Below, in pieces: positions 55,776-62,101 of a stretch of 64,000 nt of DNA (position 1 is the stretch's first letter; each line of letters starts with the position of its first letter). Under the pieces are notes generated by a model. The model had not been told where the DNA came from, did no database searches, and worked only from the letters and a program-made list of their open reading frames with translations. The stretch comes from a virus: the IMG/VR virus record IMGVR_UViG_3300012936_000006, positions 1-64,000 of that record; one strand, written 5' to 3'. The position numbers and the translations under genes are program-made.

Positions 55776-57637
55776 AACTATTAATGGAAAACTGGCGAAA
55801 CTTTCTCGCAGAAGAAGAAAAGAATTGTGGTTGTGGTCAAGATCCTTGCATCACTTACGGAGTACAGAACGAAGCCAAAGAAGATGAAGGATATGAGCCC
55901 CACATGATGTACAATCCTAAAACTGGCGAAAAGAAAAAAGCCAAGACTAAAGAAGAGCATGAATCACTGGGTGCATCAGGTTGGCAGCACGTCAACCCTG
56001 ATGAGATCCGCAAAGCTTTAGAGGATGAGGGCGGTGCTGCTGACACCGATGCTATCGTAGACAGAACAGATGCAAGTGGCAAAGAAGTAAAAAAAGCTAT
56101 GAAAGACATGCCTGACGTTGCTCAACATGATAAAGGTGACTACATTCTTGGCGATAAAGATAAGATAAAAATTGAAGAAGATTGCTGGGATGGTTACGAG
56201 AGAGTTCCGGGCTCTAAAGAGGGAGAGCCGGGATCTTGTCGAAAGAAAACAAATGAAGGTGCTGGTCACGCCGAATCCATTCTTCAAGCACAAAACCAAG
56301 GCGTTGCTTTTATTCGTGGTCAAGACGATAAAGCAGCAGGTAAGGAAAAGGATCCTAACTATTCTGAAGAAAGTGGACGTAATCCTTTAGAAGTTCTTTT
56401 TTATAATGCTGGTTATGACAAAGGGATGGATGAAAATTTTTCGTCGAAGACTGAAGCCTCTTTTGGTGATAAAAGCGCAACAACATTTACGACCCAGCAG
56501 ATGAATGACGAAGAAGAAACTGCTGCCGAAATAGAAAGTGCTATTGTCTCGCTTGCAAAAGAAAAAGGTATGAGTGCTGAAGAGCTAAAAGCAGCGATTC
56601 TGGGAAATATAAAAAATAAGAAAGGCATTTCCGTTGAGCAAGCAGCAATTGATGAAGCAGAAATCTGCAAAGCAGGAAAAGATTGGGTCGATGGCAAGGA
56701 GATCGGAGGACAAGTTGTTAAACGAGGCGAAGACGGCAAGTTTAATAATTGGTCTGCTCGTGCAGCACAGATTGCTTCCAACTATTGCAAAAATCCTAAC
56801 TACGGTAGAGGGAAGAAGAAAAAGAAGAACGAATCGATGAGTGAGGGCGATCTTGGCGATTGGGAAAAAGAAAACTGGACACACTCAGACGGCACACCCT
56901 GCGGCGGTGGCGACAAGGACGGTTCACAGAGCCGATGCAAGCCAGCTTCCAAGTGGAAAGGCATGAGCAAGGGTGAGAAAGCAGCCGACAATGCAAAGAA
57001 AAAAGCTGGCACAGATGCAGGCAAGCAATATGTTTCAGCTACCAAGAAAGGAAAGGTTACTAAAGCTCACACAAAAGAAGCCCAAGTTGCCGATATTTTA
57101 GCAAGAGTGTTTGAGGGGTGTGGTGAACCTGCTCCTGTAAATTATGATCACGGTCCAGAGGCATCAATGCATAGAAGCTCCCTTCACACAATTAAGGGCG
57201 AAGTCGAACAGCTTCTATATATGATTGGTGAACAAGATGATTTACCTGAATGGCTAGAAGCAAAGATTACGAAAGCAAAAGCATATTTGTCTGCTGCAAA
57301 AGATTACTTGTCAGGTGAACAGGCTGAGATGGCAGGCGCACTTGAAGAGCAGCTTGCAGATGCGATTGTGGTAGAGTATCTTGAAGAAGATAATATGGAC
57401 GAAGGCGGCAGATGCACAAAGGCAACTGAGAAAACTACCTCTACTCGCAAGGGCAAGAAGTACATGAAGTGTATCAAGAATCCAGACGGTGAAGGTTATA
57501 TTAGAAAACACTGGGGTCAGAAAGGTGCTAGAGCAGCACCAAAGGGATCTAAAAGAAACAAGAGCTTTAACAAGCGACATAAGTGCTCAACCGCAAAAGC
57601 GGGTACAGCAAGAAAATTAGCATGTGATGATTGGTAG
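55772..57637 (+). CDS. Leader-tagged multi-module protein (candidate polyprotein)
   Basis: Leader MKLLMENWRNFLAE; short Cys/Lys-rich modules separated by xxE sites. Confidence 0.85.
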   Translation: MKLLMENWRNFLAEEEKNCGCGQDPCITYGVQNEAKEDEGYEPHMMYNPKTGEKKKAKTKEEHESLGASGWQHVNPDEIRKALEDEGGAADTDAIVDRTDASGKEVKKAMKDMPDVAQHDKGDYILGDKDKIKIEEDCWDGYERVPGSKEGEPGSCRKKTNEGAGHAESILQAQNQGVAFIRGQDDKAAGKEKDPNYSEESGRNPLEVLFYNAGYDKGMDENFSSKTEASFGDKSATTFTTQQMNDEEETAAEIESAIVSLAKEKGMSAEELKAAILGNIKNKKGISVEQAAIDEAEICKAGKDWVDGKEIGGQVVKRGEDGKFNNWSARAAQIASNYCKNPNYGRGKKKKKNESMSEGDLGDWEKENWTHSDGTPCGGGDKDGSQSRCKPASKWKGMSKGEKAADNAKKKAGTDAGKQYVSATKKGKVTKAHTKEAQVADILARVFEGCGEPAPVNYDHGPEASMHRSSLHTIKGEVEQLLYMIGEQDDLPEWLEAKITKAKAYLSAAKDYLSGEQAEMAGALEEQLADAIVVEYLEEDNMDEGGRCTKATEKTTSTRKGKKYMKCIKNPDGEGYIRKHWGQKGARAAPKGSKRNKSFNKRHKCSTAKAGTARKLACDDW

Positions 57638-57649
57638 GAGGAGCCAAAA

Positions 57650-57811
57650 ATGAAAAGTTTATTAACATTATTAACAATTATTATGCTTGCGCTTGCAGGC
57701 TGCGGAGATGATTGCACATCTGCACCAGACACTGGTGTTGATGCGGGTGGCACTGATGCAGCTATCGATGCAGGCGGTGATGCAGGCGACGTTGGCGGCG
57801 ATAGTCAATGA
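57650..57811 (+). CDS. 53-aa lipoprotein with DAG repeats (not in ORF track)
   Basis: AGGAGG SD; MKSLLTLLTIIMLALAG-C lipobox; GDD..DTGVDAGGTDAAIDAGGDAG; stop overlaps the next ATG. Confidence 0.85.
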   Translation: MKSLLTLLTIIMLALAGCGDDCTSAPDTGVDAGGTDAAIDAGGDAGDVGGDSQ

Positions 57812-58179
57812 TCAACTGGCTGAGATCACGCAGACCGTGGATGATTGAGAATTCAAAGATTCCAGTCTTTTTGTCTCACTTTGCGCCAATTAATATTTGG
57901 GCAATATCGTTTGGTCCGTTTGTTTGGTGTCGTGGCGTTATGTCGGAGACAACCAAGAGACACGAAATTATCCACTATCACCAGCAACTAGAACTAGCTT
58001 TCATAGGCCAATGGACCTTATACCTCATTTTTTACCTACGTGGTCTGATTAGAGGCGGTGCTGGTTCTGGCGAAGAAGCTTATAGGGCTAATGCATTCGA
58101 AGTGGAGGCATACACGCATGAGGCAGAAATTGATTACTTAGAGAAGAGACCACTTTATAATTGGAGAAATTACTTATGA
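57808..58179 (+). CDS. HExxH zincin-like small protein
   Basis: RHEIIHYHQ...AYRANAFEVEAY. Confidence 0.8.
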   Translation: MINWLRSRRPWMIENSKIPVFLSHFAPINIWAISFGPFVWCRGVMSETTKRHEIIHYHQQLELAFIGQWTLYLIFYLRGLIRGGAGSGEEAYRANAFEVEAYTHEAEIDYLEKRPLYNWRNYL

Positions 58180-58421
58180 GATTAAAATCTAGAGCACGAC
58201 AGATTATCATTGAAGAGATCTTGAGGGAGAATGACGAAAGGGCAGCATCGGGTGCCGAGTCATTAGGTAGTTCATTGGGTGGACGCCCAGATGTAGCTAT
58301 GGCTATCGAAGCAGTTCTTAAAGAAAAGGGTCTTCCAAAATCCGCAGCAGCATTGATGAAGGCGTATAAGTCTGCACAAGCTGAAATGGATATGGAATAT
58401 TCTTTACATTACCCGGAATAG
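58176..58421 (+). CDS. Hypothetical protein with RQIIIEEILRE-type leader
   Basis: ATGA-coupled start at 58176. Confidence 0.7.
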   Translation: MRLKSRARQIIIEEILRENDERAASGAESLGSSLGGRPDVAMAIEAVLKEKGLPKSAAALMKAYKSAQAEMDMEYSLHYPE

Positions 58422-58429
58422 GTGATATA

Positions 58430-58624
58430 TTGTTTGAAGGTGCAAAAAAACATTTGGAAGAGAGAGGTGAGACATACTTTGAGCATATGCAAGCAGCGGC
58501 AAGTTTAGCTTTGATGTTAGCTGTTGTTAGTTTGAAGTGTGTTGTTCACTCGGTGTTTCCAAATTATTATAAAACTTGTGTATCAGATAAATTATCAGAT
58601 ATTCAAAAAATGGTAAAGAGGTAA
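58430..58624 (+). CDS. Small hypothetical protein (DUF6356-like)
   Basis: HLEERGETYFEHM...VHSVFP motif. Confidence 0.7.
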   Translation: MFEGAKKHLEERGETYFEHMQAAASLALMLAVVSLKCVVHSVFPNYYKTCVSDKLSDIQKMVKR

Positions 58625-58629
58625 TTTCG

Positions 58630-59445
58630 ATGAAACAATTAATGGAAAGCTGGCGAAACTTTATGAAAGAGCAGAGCCAGATCGAAGAAACTGGTGCCGG
58701 TGGTTATCAATACGAAGAGTATGTCATTAATGCACTGAAGACGGCAGGAGCCGTTGGTAATATTACCTCCGGTGCGGGGGCTTCAGCAGCAGCGGCTGAC
58801 GCTGACATTAGAGTAAATGGCAAGGTTTATAATATTGAAGTAAAGATGGACGGCAAAGCCCAGATGGGCGGCACATCTCTCAGGTACTTTCCGCAGGGTG
58901 TGCCATCTGATGACCCTTCAGCACCCGAGGGTAAACTACAGAAGTTTGTCATTGTCTCAAACTCTGTTGAGCCTGACACTGTTACAATGATGGAAGAGGC
59001 TCTGACACCCCTAGAGCAAGATTTAAATAACTTCTTAGAGGCGATTGGTGCAACTAAGATGCCTGCAACGGTCGAGAAAGATCTTTGGGCGGCAGCGGTA
59101 GCAGAGGGTTTGCTTAGACCACTCAACGTAAAACTAAAAAGAACAACCAAGTTTATTATTAACCACTACGCTAAAAAAGGTGTAGACTATATACAGATCG
59201 GCGGGGCAGGGCTATTTTATTTAGCGAACAATCCAGCAAACTTGCCGGTTCCTCAGCTTGACGGAGAGATCAATATTGAGCTTAGACCCGGAAGAAGTGG
59301 GAGTAAGAAAAGAAAAGACGGCACTGTGGTTGTCGGCGGCTTGATTCGTGTACAGGGTCGATTGCAGTTTAGGGGTCAGTCACCTTACACACTTGACGAT
59401 CCTCAAAGCATTGCAGAGATGCTAAAAGAGGCAAACTCGGCATGA
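58630..59445 (+). CDS. Leader-tagged PD-(D/E)xK endonuclease-like protein
   Basis: Leader MKQLMESWRNFMKE; GYQYEEYV...ADADIRVNGKVYNIEVKM. Confidence 0.75.
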   Translation: MKQLMESWRNFMKEQSQIEETGAGGYQYEEYVINALKTAGAVGNITSGAGASAAAADADIRVNGKVYNIEVKMDGKAQMGGTSLRYFPQGVPSDDPSAPEGKLQKFVIVSNSVEPDTVTMMEEALTPLEQDLNNFLEAIGATKMPATVEKDLWAAAVAEGLLRPLNVKLKRTTKFIINHYAKKGVDYIQIGGAGLFYLANNPANLPVPQLDGEINIELRPGRSGSKKRKDGTVVVGGLIRVQGRLQFRGQSPYTLDDPQSIAEMLKEANSA

Positions 59446-59711
59446 AACAGTTAATGGAAAATTGGCGACGATATAAGCGCATGTCCGAGGTATCTTATGA
59501 TGGAAACATTGGGTTCGAAGAGACTGTAAGGTTTTATCAATCTGCACCCAAAGAAAAAATAGCTGAGTTTGAGGCTATGCTGGACAGTGGAGATGAAAAG
59601 AGTGCTATGGGTATTATCCTTGATTTTCTTGGCACTTCACTGCAAGGTGACCAATTCCCGCAGATGAAAGCTGTTGCTGAAGCCATAGAAGTGGAGAGGG
59701 ACCAAGAATGA
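59442..59711 (+). CDS. Leader-tagged small hypothetical protein
   Basis: Leader MKQLMENWRRYKRMSE; ATGA overlap with the upstream gene. Confidence 0.8.
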   Translation: MKQLMENWRRYKRMSEVSYDGNIGFEETVRFYQSAPKEKIAEFEAMLDSGDEKSAMGIILDFLGTSLQGDQFPQMKAVAEAIEVERDQE

Positions 59712-60391
59712 AACAATTAATGGAAAATTGGCGCAAGTTTCTAAACGAGGGAATAGACTCCCGCATTCAGAAACAGATTGATATGGTGATTCAGCTTCCC
59801 GACGTAGGCATTACCATCTCTCGGGGTGGTTTCGGCAGGAGTATTAGATATGTTCTCATCGAAGACGCTGAAACTCAGCAATACTCCGAACTAACTTATA
59901 ATGATGCACTCGGTGACAAGAAAGATTATCCTCACGGAGAAGTTGATATTATGAAAACGTCTGAAGATTCCGAAGGACCATGTTTGGATGGCTGGACCGT
60001 CACGGCTGCTGAAGCTAGAAAGGGGTGGGGTCCACTTCTTTATGAGGTGGCGATTGAATATGCTTCACAGAATGGTGGAGGTCTCACGCCAGACAGGTTC
60101 TCAGTATCACGACACGCAATGGCTGTGTGGGACAAGTATGCCACCCGAGATGGTGTTGATGCTCAGCAGATGGACACCAATCATGACCCCAGCGCAATGG
60201 GCGCAAGGGTGAATACAACAGTTCCGCAGTTGACGCCCGATGACAAGTCAGATGACTGTGATCAGTCGAGAGCTATTTCTAAAGACGGAGAAAACTGGCA
60301 CAAGAACTCAACGACGAAAATGTATAAGAAAGACAATCCAGAAGTAATGCAGGCACTTAAATCTGCGGGGAGGCTAATTATAGCGGTATGA
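59708..60391 (+). CDS. Leader-tagged GNAT acetyltransferase-like protein
   Basis: Leader MKQLMENWRKFLNE; ARKGWGPLLYEVAIE (acetyl-CoA motif A), SRHAMAVWDKY. Confidence 0.75.
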   Translation: MKQLMENWRKFLNEGIDSRIQKQIDMVIQLPDVGITISRGGFGRSIRYVLIEDAETQQYSELTYNDALGDKKDYPHGEVDIMKTSEDSEGPCLDGWTVTAAEARKGWGPLLYEVAIEYASQNGGGLTPDRFSVSRHAMAVWDKYATRDGVDAQQMDTNHDPSAMGARVNTTVPQLTPDDKSDDCDQSRAISKDGENWHKNSTTKMYKKDNPEVMQALKSAGRLIIAV

Positions 60392-60951
60392 AAGAATTAA
60401 TGGAAAATTGGCGAGGCTACATTAATGAGCAAGAAAGAATTGCTTTAGAAGAGGGCGTCTTTCAAGATGCCATGACTTGGTTGAAGGACAAGGGACGGCA
60501 AGCTCAGGAGAAAGCAAAAAAGTTTCTTGAAAGTTTAAGAGAAGAGCTTGCTGAGACTAAAGTTGGTATTATGCTCTTGCAGAAGATTGCCGCAGGAAAA
60601 GAACTAAGTGATGACGAATCTCAATTCTTAAAAGATCAGGCAAAAGATATAGCTAGTGGCACTGCGCTGCTTGGGCTCTTTGCTCTGCCCGGTGGTGGTA
60701 TCGCATCGGCAGCGTTGCTAAAGATGGCTCGAAAGTTTGGGGTTGAGCTTATGCCAAGTTCTTTTCTTGACGAGCCAGAGCTAGCAGAACGTGACTGGCA
60801 AAAAGAATCTGAAAAGCTAAAAGATCATCCGAACAAGAAAGCTAGGATTTTAGACACAGGTGCCAATAAGGAAACTGGCGGCGGCACTGGGCATCGGAAG
60901 CTCGATAAACGCCGAGGTAAAAGCGCACCACCCGGAGCAGGCGGGGTATAA
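60388..60951 (+). CDS. Leader-tagged LETM1-like membrane domain protein
   Basis: Leader MKELMENWRGYINE; KDQAKDI..LFALPGGGI..LMPSSF. Confidence 0.65.
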   Translation: MKELMENWRGYINEQERIALEEGVFQDAMTWLKDKGRQAQEKAKKFLESLREELAETKVGIMLLQKIAAGKELSDDESQFLKDQAKDIASGTALLGLFALPGGGIASAALLKMARKFGVELMPSSFLDEPELAERDWQKESEKLKDHPNKKARILDTGANKETGGGTGHRKLDKRRGKSAPPGAGGV

Positions 60952-60968
60952 AATTATAAATAAACAGC

Positions 60969-60997
60969 TTAACAATCGAAAGAAACCTACTTATAAT
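60969..60997 (+). promoter_or_regulatory. Overlapping sigma70-like promoter and late-like motif
   Basis: TTAACA-17 nt-TATAAT, with CTACTTAT at 60987-60994. Confidence 0.55.
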
Positions 60998-61015
60998 ATA
61001 GGGGGGTCTGTATAA

Positions 61016-61234
61016 ATGGCGATTGACAAGCTTTACTTTCACGGCTCGTGTCTTGCATGCAGAGGAACTAGTAAAACTTGGTATAATCGTCCTTGTCCGT
61101 ATTGTTATCGAGGCACAGCTTATCACGAGGCATCGGACAAGCTAGTCCAGAAATATGTTCTTGAAGAAATGGATGAAAACGCCCAAAAAGAACTATTTAA
61201 TGAGATGAAAGAGAAATACGAAAAGGAAAGTTAA
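61016..61234 (+). CDS. Small zinc-finger protein (DnaJ-type CxxCxG repeats)
   Basis: CLACRGT...CPYCYRGT. Confidence 0.75.
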   Translation: MAIDKLYFHGSCLACRGTSKTWYNRPCPYCYRGTAYHEASDKLVQKYVLEEMDENAQKELFNEMKEKYEKES

Positions 61235-61417
61235 ATGTGTTTAATTTGTGTTGAATATAACTTGAAGAGACTAACAATCAATGAAGCCTACAGAAACTTA
61301 CAAGAGATGAAAGAGATTCTCCCAGAAGAACACGTAGAAGAAATTGAAAAGATGTTAGAACACGACACTCTTCAGGAGATTCATGAGCTTGAAGGAGATG
61401 ATAATAATGAGCTTTAA
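61235..61417 (+). CDS. Small hypothetical protein (MCLIC start)
   Basis: Abutting ORF with AAGGA SD. Confidence 0.7.
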   Translation: MCLICVEYNLKRLTINEAYRNLQEMKEILPEEHVEEIEKMLEHDTLQEIHELEGDDNNEL

Positions 61418-62033
61418 AGATTTGTGGAAAAACTACATTCGAACCGGTGAATCGCAAGCTAGCATTCAGCCTACATCTTGGAAAAGTTTTTTGATCGAAG
61501 AGTTAGAGACAGTTCACAGCCCAGAAGAACAGCAACAGCCAGCGGCACTACAGCCGTCAGAAATTCCAGCGGAACTGTTTCATGCAACTCGACCACCGTT
61601 GCTGTCTGCGATAGCCGAACAAGGCTTGCGTGATTATTCTGATTTTTCCCGGCATGGAGCTGGTCAGATAGGCGTCTCGTTTGCTACCGAATTGACACCG
61701 CTTGAGGATGGCAGCTTTGGTAATCTAGTGCTTGTATTTGACGGAAAAGAGCTAGCTGCATCAAACCAATATATTTTTAAAAATCATCAAGATCCCACCA
61801 TTGATACTAAAGAAGCAGAAGTTCGTGTTACCATGTCAGACTCAGCCGGTGATTCTGGCTCAGGTATTGATTCAAAGGTTGATGCGCTCGGAACATCTAT
61901 CCCTTTTCACTTTTGCAAGAAAATGATTTTTCTCTATCCCGTGCCAAAGTTCGAATTAAAGTGGTTAAAAGAAAACTACCCATCGGTAGAAATTCAGGTA
62001 TTAAAACAAGAAAAAGAAGAAAATAAAGAATAA
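61407..62033 (+). CDS. ADP-ribosyltransferase-fold protein (Tpt1/DarT-like) with degenerate leader
   Basis: LFHAT..L.AI.EQGL, GVSFAT, KEAEVRV, IP; N-terminal DLWKNYI and SWKSFLIEE. Confidence 0.65.
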   Translation: MSFKDLWKNYIRTGESQASIQPTSWKSFLIEELETVHSPEEQQQPAALQPSEIPAELFHATRPPLLSAIAEQGLRDYSDFSRHGAGQIGVSFATELTPLEDGSFGNLVLVFDGKELAASNQYIFKNHQDPTIDTKEAEVRVTMSDSAGDSGSGIDSKVDALGTSIPFHFCKKMIFLYPVPKFELKWLKENYPSVEIQVLKQEKEENKE

Positions 62034-62101
62034 ACACTTTCTGACCACTACCTAATATAGAGGGGTAATTTTTACCCCGGAAATTCGGGTGGACTTATGG
62101 G

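Noticed and set aside
58156-58179. C-terminal YNWRNYL resembling the leader motif
   Set aside because: At a C-terminus with no following Glu, and the codons double as the next gene's SD; likely coincidental.
53922-60430. Repeated ATGAAA..AATGGAAAA.TGGCG DNA as a CRISPR, integron att or DGR repeat
   Set aside because: Copies sit at gene starts, vary at synonymous positions and are separated by whole genes; no cas, integrase or reverse transcriptase is present.
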